DNA of 21,725 nucleotides from an uncultured Chloroflexia bacterium (GTDB lineage: Bacteria > Chloroflexota > Limnocylindria > Limnocylindrales > CSP1-4): NCBI GenBank assembly GCA_963720755.1, contig CAVRGP010000014.1, positions 1 through 21,725 on the forward strand. Reading direction: 5' to 3'. Positions 1 through 8,806 of the stretch are shown piece after piece. The position numbers and the translations under genes are program-made. The notes below the pieces were generated by a model. The model was not told where the DNA came from, did no database searches, and saw nothing but the letters and a program-made list of their open reading frames with translations. Positions within the stretch are counted from its first letter, which is position 1, and each line of letters begins with the position of its first letter.

Positions 1-587
1 GGGCTGGATGATCTGCTTCCCAGGCGCTGATCGCGGCATCCTTCCGGACGAGGTAGTCGATCTCGTCGGTGCCAGCCGGTCATCTGCTGGCGGTGGATCG
101 AGCTCGAATCGATGGTCGTGCCGTCCGGCGGCGGACGCCTGCTCGGCGAGGTCGACCGTGAGGGTCGCATCAGGATCGGCCTCGAGAAGCTCGAACAGCC
201 AGCGTGGGTCGCTCGGTCGACGACGATCGGCAGCACGCGTTCTTCAACTGTTGTTCCGGAAATCTCGGCGTCGGACGTCGACAGGATCGCCCAGATGCCC
301 CACGCGGCGAGGGCCCATCGTCGTGCTCGCGCGAAGATCCGCGGCCGAAGTTGTCGCCGACCAGGAGGACCTTCCGGCCGCTCATGTCCGGACGTCGATG
401 ATTAATCGAGGCTCTTCAGCGACCCGTCCGACTCGAACCGCCAGTCGCGAAAGAGGGCGTCGGCAAGGCCCACCTTGTCGGTCACCTTGAGGTACCGGGC
501 GGGCACGATCTGGTCGGTATCCACGTTCTCGGCCGGCAAGGGGATGACCTGACTGCTGAACATCCTGAACGGTTCGGCCATGGTCAT
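1..587 (-). CDS. leuD: 3-isopropylmalate dehydratase small subunit; multiply frameshifted as given, 3' end runs off the window
   Basis: The N-terminus has [14 protein letters not shown]. LeuD motifs continue in shifting frames: [67 protein letters not shown] at 587 overlaps the leuC stop (ATGA); an alternative ATG is at 581. Confidence 0.9.
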
Positions 588-2029
588 CGTCCCCCGAGTG
601 CGGCCAGCGCCTCGATCCCCGGCAGTCGTCGTGGATCGGCGACGGCGCCGGCGATGGCGCTCGCGGCGGCGGTCAGCGGCGAGGCCAGGAACGTTCGGCC
701 GCCCTTGCCCTGCCGCCCCTCGAAGTTGCGGTTGCTGGTGCTGACGGCGTATTGGCCTGGCTCGAGTTGGTCACCGTTCATGGCGATGCACATCGAGCAC
801 CCGGCCTCGCGCCAATCCGCACCGGCCGCCTTGAAGATCTCGTCCAACCCCTCGCGCTCGGCCTCGCGCTTCACCTCGTCCGAGCCCGGCACGACCATCA
901 GCCGGACGCCATCGGCGATGTGGCGATCCTTGAGCACGGCCGCCGCGAGTCGAAGGTCGCTGATCCGGCCATTGGTGCAGCTCCCGACGAACACGACATC
1001 GACCTTTTGGCCGAGGATCGGCTGGCCGGGGTGAAGGTCCATGTAGTCGAGGGCGCGCTCGAGCGCCCGTCGTTGGCTGGGATCGTCCAGGTCCCCGGGC
1101 GAGGGGACCGGACTGGAGATCGGGATGCCCATCCCCGGGTTGGTGCCGTACGTCACCATCGGTTCGAGTTCGTCGGCGTCGATCGTGATCGACCGGTCAT
1201 ACGTCGCGCCATCGTCGGTCGGAAGGCTGCGCCAGCGGGCGACCGCGGCGTCCCAGGCGGCCCCGGCCGGTGCGTGCTTTCGGCCGTGCAGGTAGTCGAA
1301 GGTCGTGTCGTCGGGGGCGATCAGGCCAGCCCGGGCGCCGCCCTCGATGCTCATGTTGCAGATGGTCATCCGTTGTTCCATGGACAGGCCGCGGATGGCC
1401 GTGCCCGAGTACTCGAACACATGCCCGGTCCCACCGCCGATCCCGATCCGGGCGATGAGCGCGAGGATGATGTCCTTGGCGCTGACGCCTGGGGCCAGGT
1501 GGCCGTCGACCCGGACCTCGAACGACTTCGGGTCGCGCTGGAGGAGGGTCTGGGTGGCCAGGACCATCTCCACCTCGCTCGTCCCGATCCCGAAGGCCAG
1601 GGCGCCGAACGCGCCGTGCGTGCTGGTATGCGAGTCGCCGCACACGATGGTCATCCCCGGCTGGGTCAGCCCAAGCTGCGGGCCGATGACGTGGACGATC
1701 CCCTGGGCCGGATCGCCGATGCCATGAAGCGGGATCCCGAATTCGGCGCAGTTGGTCTCGAGCTGGTTCACCTGGGCCAGGGCCATCGCGTCGACGAACG
1801 GCAGGCTTCGGTCGGTCGTCGGGATGGAATGATCGGCGGTCGCGACGGTCTGTCCCGGGCGTCGGACCGTCAGGTCGCGCGCGCGCAACCCGGAGAAGGC
1901 CTGCGGACTGGTGACCTCGTGGACGAGATGGAGGTCGACGGCGAGGACCGCGGGTGCTCCAGGGTCCTGGGTCACCACGTGATCGGCCCAGATCTTGTCG
2001 ACGATGGTGCGTGGCTCGGTGGCGGTCAT
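584..2029 (-). CDS. leuC: 3-isopropylmalate dehydratase large subunit (4Fe-4S, aconitase family)
   Basis: Motifs [58 protein letters not shown]. Start placed at ATG 2029 (or 2032), where homology begins ([14 protein letters not shown]), not at 2104. Confidence 0.97.
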   Translation of the reverse strand: MTATEPRTIVDKIWADHVVTQDPGAPAVLAVDLHLVHEVTSPQAFSGLRARDLTVRRPGQTVATADHSIPTTDRSLPFVDAMALAQVNQLETNCAEFGIPLHGIGDPAQGIVHVIGPQLGLTQPGMTIVCGDSHTSTHGAFGALAFGIGTSEVEMVLATQTLLQRDPKSFEVRVDGHLAPGVSAKDIILALIARIGIGGGTGHVFEYSGTAIRGLSMEQRMTICNMSIEGGARAGLIAPDDTTFDYLHGRKHAPAGAAWDAAVARWRSLPTDDGATYDRSITIDADELEPMVTYGTNPGMGIPISSPVPSPGDLDDPSQRRALERALDYMDLHPGQPILGQKVDVVFVGSCTNGRISDLRLAAAVLKDRHIADGVRLMVVPGSDEVKREAEREGLDEIFKAAGADWREAGCSMCIAMNGDQLEPGQYAVSTSNRNFEGRQGKGGRTFLASPLTAAASAIAGAVADPRRLPGIEALAALGGR

Positions 2030-2035
2030 CATCGG

Positions 2036-2044
2036 AGCGTACCA
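2036..2044 (-). promoter_or_regulatory. Extended -10 promoter (TGG-TACGCT) for a probable leaderless leuCD mRNA
   Basis: The minus strand reads TGGTACGCT-CCGATG-ATG: a TGn+TAnnnT element ending 6 nt before ATG 2029, with no Shine-Dalgarno sequence. Confidence 0.6.
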
Positions 2045-2095
2045 GAGGCTCGGCCGAGACTCCGGAGGCGGTCGAACCAGGACCATCGAGTGCGG

Positions 2096-2123
2096 TTGAC
2101 GCATCGGCGAAGCCTGCTAGACT
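2096..2123 (+). promoter_or_regulatory. Sigma70-type promoter of the ilv-leu-cim operon
   Basis: TTGACG (2096-2101), a 16-nt spacer ending in TGc, then TAGACT (2118-2123). Predicted TSS is near 2130. Confidence 0.75.
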
Positions 2124-2170
2124 GCCGCCACGCCACGGGACGGCTGTGGCCGAACATCCTGGAGACCCGA

Positions 2171-2371
2171 TTGGGCTGGTTCGGATCCGAAGATCGCCGC
2201 AAGGTCGCCGTCGTCGTGACGTCGGATGGCCGGCGCGTCCACGTGCCGATCGATCCCGTCGATGTATCGCTCCTCGACCTTCTTCTCGCGCTTCCGGGGC
2301 TTGGCGGCCTTCTTGGGCTGATTACCGGCTCCCGGCGGGACCGAGGGACACGGAGGGACGAGCGGCGGTAG
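2171..2371 (+). CDS. Putative ilv/leu attenuator leader peptide, 66 aa: MGWFGSEDRRKVAVVVTSDGRRVHVPIDPVDVSLLDLLLALPGLGGLLGLITGSRRDRGTRRDERR
   Basis: GGAG (2161-2164) lies 6 nt before TTG 2171. The ORF has 8 Val, 10 Leu and 2 Ile codons, and 6 of the 10 Leu codons are CTT. TAG 2369-2371 lies 22 nt before a terminator hairpin. A shorter start at GTG 2243 is possible. Confidence 0.7.
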   Translation: MGWFGSEDRRKVAVVVTSDGRRVHVPIDPVDVSLLDLLLALPGLGGLLGLITGSRRDRGTRRDERR

Positions 2372-2409
2372 CTCGACACCACCGATCAACCTCAGGACCC
2401 TCGCCGGGA
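2330..2409 (+). promoter_or_regulatory. Putative antiterminator helix
   Basis: TCCCGGCGGG (2330-2339) can pair with CTCGCCGGGA (2400-2409): 10 bp with one G-U. This would sequester the 5' arm and loop of the terminator. Confidence 0.6.
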
Positions 2410-2431
2410 CGGCGGGGGTCTTTCGTTTTTT
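2394..2431 (+). terminator. Intrinsic terminator (attenuator) upstream of ilvB
   Basis: Stem AGGACCCTCGCCG / CGGCGGGGGTCTT (2394-2406 / 2410-2422) runs into TTTCGTTTTTT (2421-2431). It lies between the promoter and the ilvB RBS. Confidence 0.9.
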
Positions 2432-2459
2432 CCGGACACCACACGGAGGACCCGACCAG

Positions 2460-4334
2460 ATGACGATCGCCAAGGGAGATCCGACGGAACCGTCGCGGGT
2501 GACGGGGCGGTCGGCCACGCGGCGCAACCACGTGCCCAACGATGGGACGGCCGAAGCTGCCGCCGTCGAGCGCGCCCGAAAGAGCATGCTCCACGAGGGC
2601 CGCGACCTGAAGCGGACACGGATCGGGGCCGACGTGCTCTGCGAGGCGCTCCTTCGTCAGGGGGTCGATGTCTTCTTCAGCTATCCCGGCGGGGTGATCC
2701 TGCCGCTGTACGACATCCTGGCCGACTACCCGGAGTTGCGACACATCCTGGTCCGCCACGAACAGGGTGGCGCGCATGCGGCTGACGGGTATGCCCGGGT
2801 CACGGGCCGGGTGGGCGTGTGCATGGGGACGTCGGGACCGGGCGCCACGAACCTGGTGACCGGGATCGGGACGGCCATGCTCGATTCGATCCCGATGGTG
2901 GCCATCACCGGCAATGTCATGGCGGCGCTCATGGGCAAGGACGCTTTCCAGGAGATCGACATCAACGGCATCACCCTGCCGATGACCAAGCACAACTACC
3001 TGGTCCGCGATGCCGACGAGTTGCCGCGCGTCATCGCCGAGGCCTTCCACATCGCCCGGAGTGGTCGTCCCGGTCCGGTTCACATCGATATCGCCAAGGA
3101 CGCCCTCCAGCAGGAGACACGGATCAAGCACCCGAGCGAGGCGGAGGTGGTCGCGGGCCTGCCTGGGTTCAGGCCGAACCTGGATGGCCATCCACGCCAG
3201 CTCAAGCTCGCGGCGGCCGAGATCGCCGTGGCACAACGGCCGGTCATCCTGGCCGGGCACGGCATCCTCCACGCGGAGGCCTGGGACGACCTGGTCGCCT
3301 TCGCCGAGCGATCGCAGATCCCGGTCGCCTGGACGCTGCTCGGCATCGGCGCGATCGATGAGGACCACCCGCTTGCCTATGGCTACATGGGGATGCACGG
3401 CTGGAAACATGTCAACCGGGCGATCCAGACGGCCGACCTCCTGATCGCCGTCGGGATGCGCTTCGATGACCGGGTGACCGGCAACGTACGGACCTACGCG
3501 CCGTATGCCCGCATCATCCATGCCGACATCGACCCCGCCGAGATCGGCAAGAACGTCGCCGTCGAGGTCCCGATCGTGGGCGATGCGAAACGCGTGCTCC
3601 AGGCCTTGACCGGCCTGATCGACAAGGTCGATCCCTCGACACGCACCGGGTACTTCGCCCAGCTCGCGGAGTGGAAGCAGGACTCGGTGGCGTCGAGTTG
3701 GCACGGCTCCGGCGCCTGGCAGGCAGGGTTGTTGTCGGCCGATTATGTGGTCGAACGGATCGGAGCCCTGACCGACCACGAAGCGACCTACGTCGCCGAC
3801 GTCGGTCAGAACCAGATGTGGTTGGCCCGATACACCGGGTTCCGGAACCCCAACAGCCACGTCAGTTCCGGCGGCCTCGGGACCATGGGGTTCTCGGTCC
3901 CGGCGGCCATGGGCGCGGCGCTCGGCCGGCCCGATCGGGAGACCTGGGCGATCACCGGGGACGGCGGGTTCCAGATGACGTTCCAGGAGCTCATGACCCT
4001 CGTCGCCGACCATATCCCGGTGAAGATCGCCCTGCTCGATAACAAGAAGCTCGGGATGATCCGGCAATGGCAGGAGATCATCTACGCCGGCAACTACCAC
4101 TCATCCAGCCTGCCCGGACCGGACTTCGCCAAGCTTGCCGATGCGTTCGGGATCCCCGCCTTCCGGGCCAGGACCCCCGATGACGTGGACGGGGCGATAC
4201 GGGCCGCCCAGGCCGTCGACGGCCCGGCGCTCATCTGGTTCGAGATCGCCGAGGAGCAGAATGTCTTCCCGATGATGCCCGCGGGCAAGGGTTTGTCCGA
4301 CCTCATCGAGACGTGGGGCGGGCCGGACGAATGA
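2460..4334 (+). CDS. ilvB: Acetolactate (acetohydroxyacid) synthase large catalytic subunit
   Basis: YPGG, catalytic RHEQGG, TSGPGATN, GMHG, RFDDRVTG, and the ThDP motif GDGGFQM...DNKKLGMIRQWQ. RBS GGAGG at 2445-2449. Confidence 0.97.
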   Translation: MTIAKGDPTEPSRVTGRSATRRNHVPNDGTAEAAAVERARKSMLHEGRDLKRTRIGADVLCEALLRQGVDVFFSYPGGVILPLYDILADYPELRHILVRHEQGGAHAADGYARVTGRVGVCMGTSGPGATNLVTGIGTAMLDSIPMVAITGNVMAALMGKDAFQEIDINGITLPMTKHNYLVRDADELPRVIAEAFHIARSGRPGPVHIDIAKDALQQETRIKHPSEAEVVAGLPGFRPNLDGHPRQLKLAAAEIAVAQRPVILAGHGILHAEAWDDLVAFAERSQIPVAWTLLGIGAIDEDHPLAYGYMGMHGWKHVNRAIQTADLLIAVGMRFDDRVTGNVRTYAPYARIIHADIDPAEIGKNVAVEVPIVGDAKRVLQALTGLIDKVDPSTRTGYFAQLAEWKQDSVASSWHGSGAWQAGLLSADYVVERIGALTDHEATYVADVGQNQMWLARYTGFRNPNSHVSSGGLGTMGFSVPAAMGAALGRPDRETWAITGDGGFQMTFQELMTLVADHIPVKIALLDNKKLGMIRQWQEIIYAGNYHSSSLPGPDFAKLADAFGIPAFRARTPDDVDGAIRAAQAVDGPALIWFEIAEEQNVFPMMPAGKGLSDLIETWGGPDE

Positions 4335-4942
4335 CCGCCGATCCGACTTCCGTGCCCTCCGAACCGTCGACGCCTGCCGAGCGGCTGCCGGCCCACAGCG
4401 CGCCGCCGGACCGGGCCCTTCCCGGTGGCGGCGCGACCCGCCGACATGTCCTCGTGGCTGTCGTCCTCAACAAGCCGGGCGTCCTCAACCGCGTCGCCAG
4501 CCTGATGCGCGCCCGCAACTTCAACATCGACTCCCTGGCGGTCAGCCACACCGACCGTGAGGACATCAGCCGGATGACGATCACCCTCCACGGAGACGAT
4601 GTCGCCGTGGAGCAAGCCGCCAAGCAGCTCTACCGGCTGATCGACGTGCTCAAGGTCCAGGACGTCACGTCCGAGGCGACCATCCAGCAGGAGCTCGCCC
4701 TGGTCAAGATCCGGGCGACCGACTCGACCCGGGCCGAGGTCCTCAAGCTCGTGGAACTATCGCGCGGCCGGGTCGTGGATCTGGCCGACGGCTCGGTGAT
4801 CGTGGAGGTGACCGGGACCGAAACCGAGGTCGACGCGTTCGTCGCGCTGGTCCGGACCTATGGCATCAAGGAATTGGTTCGGACGGGCGCCGTCGTCATG
4901 GCGCGCGGATCCGGATCCATCGAGGAGGCGATCAAGCGATGA
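4331..4942 (+). CDS. ilvN: Acetolactate synthase small regulatory subunit (ACT domain)
   Basis: NKPGVLNRV...[31 protein letters not shown] 4331 overlaps the ilvB stop (ATGA). Confidence 0.95.
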   Translation: MTADPTSVPSEPSTPAERLPAHSAPPDRALPGGGATRRHVLVAVVLNKPGVLNRVASLMRARNFNIDSLAVSHTDREDISRMTITLHGDDVAVEQAAKQLYRLIDVLKVQDVTSEATIQQELALVKIRATDSTRAEVLKLVELSRGRVVDLADGSVIVEVTGTETEVDAFVALVRTYGIKELVRTGAVVMARGSGSIEEAIKR

Positions 4943-5991
4943 CGGCGACGATGTACTACGACAACGATGCGGATCCGGCGGCGCTGGCCGGCCAGACCGT
5001 CGCGATCATCGGGTACGGCAGCCAGGGCCATGCCCACGCACTCAACCTCCACGAGTCGGGCGTCGATGTCGTGGTCGGGCTCGCTCCCGGGTCGAAGAGC
5101 CGCCAACTCGCCAGCGACGCGGGCCTCCGGGTGGCCGACGTGCGCGATGCCGTCAAGGCCGCGGACGTCGTGATGATCCTGGTCCCGGACACAGCCCAGA
5201 AAGCGGTCTACGACGAGGAGATCGCGCCCGAGCTGCGGCCCGGCCATCTGCTGATGTTCGCCCACGGCTTCAACATCCATTTCGGACGGATCGATCCGCC
5301 CGCCATCGTGGATGTCGGGATGATCGCGCCGAAGGGTCCCGGCCATCTGCTTCGATCGGTCTACCGGTCGGGCGGTGGCATCCCCGCCCTGTTCGCCGTC
5401 CATCGGGACCCATCGGGCACGGCGCGAGCTCGGGTCCTCGCCTACGGCCGGGCGATCGGATCGACCCGGGCGGGGGTCCTCGAGACGACGTTCGCGGAGG
5501 AGACCGAGACCGACCTGTTCGGCGAACAGGCCGTTCTGTGTGGCGGGACCGCCGCCCTCGTGAAGATGGGCTTCGAGACCCTCGTCGAGGCCGGTTACCA
5601 GCCGGAACTTGCCTACTTCGAGACGATGCACGAGCTCAAGCTCATCGTCGACCTGCTGTATCGCGGCGGCCTGAACTTCATGCGCTTCAGCGTCAGCGAC
5701 ACCGCCGAGTACGGCGATTACGTGTCGGGCCCGCGGATCATCGATGACCATGTCCGGGCGACGATGAAGCAGGTGTTGACCGAGATCCAGGATGGGACGT
5801 TCGCCCGGAACTGGATCGCCGAGAGCGAGTCCGGGCGCAAAGAGTTCGAGCGCCTGCGCGCGGCCGATCGCGACCATCTCGTCGAGCGCGTCGGGGCCCG
5901 GCTGCGCGGTCAGATGCCATTCCTCGATCCGATCGAGGTCACCGCCGGTCAGTCCCAGGCGTCCGCCACGACGCCCGGCGCGGCCCGGTGA
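4939..5991 (+). CDS. ilvC: Ketol-acid reductoisomerase (short class I)
   Basis: [59 protein letters not shown] overlap with ilvN. Confidence 0.97.
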   Translation: MTATMYYDNDADPAALAGQTVAIIGYGSQGHAHALNLHESGVDVVVGLAPGSKSRQLASDAGLRVADVRDAVKAADVVMILVPDTAQKAVYDEEIAPELRPGHLLMFAHGFNIHFGRIDPPAIVDVGMIAPKGPGHLLRSVYRSGGGIPALFAVHRDPSGTARARVLAYGRAIGSTRAGVLETTFAEETETDLFGEQAVLCGGTAALVKMGFETLVEAGYQPELAYFETMHELKLIVDLLYRGGLNFMRFSVSDTAEYGDYVSGPRIIDDHVRATMKQVLTEIQDGTFARNWIAESESGRKEFERLRAADRDHLVERVGARLRGQMPFLDPIEVTAGQSQASATTPGAAR

Positions 5992-7628
5992 GCACCGCCG
6001 TACCGCGGCCCGCCGGCCCATTCGTGGCGGCGGGCAGCGTCCGCATCTTCGACACGACCCTGCGCGACGGCGAACAGGCCCCCGGCGCGGGCCTGACCGC
6101 TGCCGAGAAGCTCGACGTAGCCCGCCAACTCGTGCGCCTCAAGGTGGACGTCATCGAGGCTGGCTTCCCGGCAGCATCGCCGGGCGACTTCGAAGCGGTC
6201 CGCCGGATCGCCCAGGAGACCCGCGGCGGCATCGCGGTCGCGGCCCTGGCTCGCTGCAAGGACGGTGACCCGCAACGGGCGATCGAGGCGATCAAGGTCG
6301 CCGAACGACCCCACCTGCATGTCTTCATCGCCACCAGCGACATCCACCTCAAGCACAAGCTTCGGATCGACCGTGAGACGGCCCTGGCCGAAGCCGTTCG
6401 GTGGGTCCGGCACGGTCGGGAGCGACTCGGCCGGGACGCCGAGATCGAGTTCTCCGCTGAGGACGCGTCCCGAACCGACCTCGACTACCTCCTCCAGGTC
6501 TACGAAGCGGTCGTGGAAGCAGGCGCATCCACGGTCAACATCCCCGATACGGTCGGCTACGCCATCCCGTCCGAGTTCGGGGCGCTCGTCGAACGCGTCG
6601 TCGGGCTGGTGGGGGACCAGGCCACGGTCAGCGTCCACTGCCACAACGACCTGGGGCTGGCGACCGCCAACACCCTGGCCGCCGTCCAGGCCGGCGCTCG
6701 CCAGGTCGAGGTCACGATCAACGGCCTTGGCGAGCGTGCCGGCAACGCGTCGCTCGAAGAGGTCGTGATGTCGTTGCGGACCCGTCCGACCCAGTTCCCT
6801 GACCTCGGCTCCGGTATCGCCACCGAGCAGCTCACCGCCGCCAGCCGGCTGGTCAGCTATCTGACCGGTTTCGCCATCCAGCCGAACAAGGCGATCGTCG
6901 GCGGTAATGCCTTCGCCCATGAGTCGGGGATCCACCAGGACGGCGTGATCAAGAACCCGCTGACCTACGAGATCATGACCCCGCAATCGGTCGGCCTGTC
7001 GGGCAGTCAGCTGACCATCGGCAAGCTGTCCGGCCGCCGTGGCCTGCAGGGCAAGCTCAAGGAGCTCGGATACGACTACGAGGGCGAAGCCCTCGACGAG
7101 ATCTATGCCCAGGCCGTGGCCCTCGCCGATGCCAAGAAGGAGGTCACCGACGCGGACCTCCACGCGCTGGTCGAACAGCGTTCCTCAGAGGTGCCTGCCT
7201 CGGTCGCCCTCGTCGGCTGGAGCGAGACCTCCTCGCACGGTGGGCATGCCACCGGATCGGTCACCGTGTCGATCGGCGGCGCGGAGCGGGCCGCCGAGGC
7301 GACCGGCAACGGGCCGGTCAACGCGCTCTTCGGTGCGGTCGATCAGGCGCTCCAGCCGGTCCTCGGCTGGCACCCGACGCTGACCGAATACGAGATCAAG
7401 GCGGTGACCGCCGGTGAGGATGCCCAGGGCCAGGTCCTGGTGCGCTGTCGACGCTCGTCCGATGAGGGACCTGGAGCGTTGGTCGTGACCGGACATGGGT
7501 TATCGACGAACATCATCGAGGCATCACTCGAGGCGTATCTCGTCGCCGTCAACAAGTTGCACGGTGCCGAGATCAACGGTGTCGCGGTCGCCTTCGTCGC
7601 GCCGCGGATCAACGAGTCCGCCCCGTGA
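5988..7628 (+). CDS. leuA: 2-isopropylmalate synthase
   Basis: [47 protein letters not shown], and a C-terminal regulatory domain (GNGPVNA...NIIEAS). GTGA overlap with ilvC. Confidence 0.96.
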   Translation: MSTAVPRPAGPFVAAGSVRIFDTTLRDGEQAPGAGLTAAEKLDVARQLVRLKVDVIEAGFPAASPGDFEAVRRIAQETRGGIAVAALARCKDGDPQRAIEAIKVAERPHLHVFIATSDIHLKHKLRIDRETALAEAVRWVRHGRERLGRDAEIEFSAEDASRTDLDYLLQVYEAVVEAGASTVNIPDTVGYAIPSEFGALVERVVGLVGDQATVSVHCHNDLGLATANTLAAVQAGARQVEVTINGLGERAGNASLEEVVMSLRTRPTQFPDLGSGIATEQLTAASRLVSYLTGFAIQPNKAIVGGNAFAHESGIHQDGVIKNPLTYEIMTPQSVGLSGSQLTIGKLSGRRGLQGKLKELGYDYEGEALDEIYAQAVALADAKKEVTDADLHALVEQRSSEVPASVALVGWSETSSHGGHATGSVTVSIGGAERAAEATGNGPVNALFGAVDQALQPVLGWHPTLTEYEIKAVTAGEDAQGQVLVRCRRSSDEGPGALVVTGHGLSTNIIEASLEAYLVAVNKLHGAEINGVAVAFVAPRINESAP

Positions 7629-8806
7629 CCACGGCTCGGCCCAGCTACCAGGTCGCCACGATCCCCGGCGACGGCGTCGGGCCCGAGGTGGTGTCCGCCG
7701 CACGACGCGTCGTCGATGCGGCGGGAGAGCGGTTCGATTTCGCCGTCGACTGGTCCGAGTACATCGTTGGCGGCGCGGCGATCGACACCTTCGGCGTCGC
7801 CATCCGAGGTGAGGACGTCACTGCCTGTGGCGCTGCCGATGCGATCCTGCTCGGGGCGGTCGGCGGTCCGCGATGGTCCGACCCGAACGCCGCCGTGCGG
7901 CCGGAACAGGCGCTCTTCGCCCTTCGCGGCGGACTCGGCCTGTTCGCCAACCTGCGCCCGATCCGAGTCTACGAAGCACTGGCCGGCGCCTCGCCGCTGC
8001 GTCCCGAGCTGCTTGCCGGGGTCGACATGCTCATCGTTCGTGAGCTCACCGGCGGCGTCTATTTCGGAGCCCGCCAGGAGGCCACCGGCGAACCGGGCGC
8101 ACGGACCGCCCTTGACACGTTGCCGTACGCGGAGGATGAGATCGCGCGGATCGTTCGCCTCGCCTTCGAGCAGGCCCGCAGTCGTGGCGGCCACGTCACC
8201 CAGGTCGACAAGGCCAACGTCCTCGCCACGTCGCGGCTGTGGCGGCGGGTGACCGATGAGATCGCTGCCGACTATCCCGACGTGCGCCTCAACCATCAAC
8301 TCGTGGATTCTTGCGCCATGCTGCTGGTCCGGCGCCCGGCCGACTTCGATGTCATCGTCACCGAGAACCTGTTCGGCGACATCCTGTCCGACGAGGCGGC
8401 GGTCATCGCCGGGAGTCTCGGCGTGCTGCCCTCGGCCTCGCTCGGAGAGCGGCGGACGGCCCATGGGATCTTCGGCCTGTACGAGCCGATCCATGGTTCC
8501 GCGCCGGATATCGCAGGGCAGGATATCGCCGACCCGATCGGCACGATCCTGTCGGCGGCGATGCTGCTCGAGACCTCGCTCGGTCGATCTGACGCGTCTG
8601 CCGCGATCCGATCGGCCATCGGCCAGACGCTCGACGATGGCTGGCGGACTGCCGACCTGGCCGACCCGGCCGATCCCACCGACGGGCTCGTCGTGCTCGG
8701 GACGACCGCCTTCGCGACCGCGGTGATCGAACGGATGTCAGGGGTCGAGCGCGGTCGGCGGGCTACCGGCAAGACCGCCCGGGCGACCATGGGGGCGGCG
8801 TCGTGA
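7625..8806 (+). CDS. leuB: 3-isopropylmalate dehydrogenase
   Basis: PGDGVGPEV, LLGAVGGP, ANLRP, RELTGGVYFG, DKANVL, NLFGDILSDEA, EPIHGSAPDIAG. GTGA overlap with leuA. Confidence 0.96.
   Translation: MTTARPSYQVATIPGDGVGPEVVSAARRVVDAAGERFDFAVDWSEYIVGGAAIDTFGVAIRGEDVTACGAADAILLGAVGGPRWSDPNAAVRPEQALFALRGGLGLFANLRPIRVYEALAGASPLRPELLAGVDMLIVRELTGGVYFGARQEATGEPGARTALDTLPYAEDEIARIVRLAFEQARSRGGHVTQVDKANVLATSRLWRRVTDEIAADYPDVRLNHQLVDSCAMLLVRRPADFDVIVTENLFGDILSDEAAVIAGSLGVLPSASLGERRTAHGIFGLYEPIHGSAPDIAGQDIADPIGTILSAAMLLETSLGRSDASAAIRSAIGQTLDDGWRTADLADPADPTDGLVVLGTTAFATAVIERMSGVERGRRATGKTARATMGAAS

Noticed and set aside
2049-2067. Adjacent palindromes CTCGGCCGAG and CTCCGGAG between the divergent promoters
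   Set aside because: Short GC-rich palindromes are expected by chance at this GC content, and there is no independent support for an operator.
752-2170. 539-aa + strand ORF (752..2371) antisense to leuC
   Set aside because: It is a shadow ORF caused by high-GC codon bias. Only its last 66 codons, downstream of the promoter and SD, are credible as the leader peptide.
2130-2440. T-box riboswitch as the explanation for the ilvB leader terminator
   Set aside because: I found no T-box consensus (GGTGG.ACCGCG-like) before the terminator. The BCAA-rich uORF explains it better. An Rfam scan would settle it.
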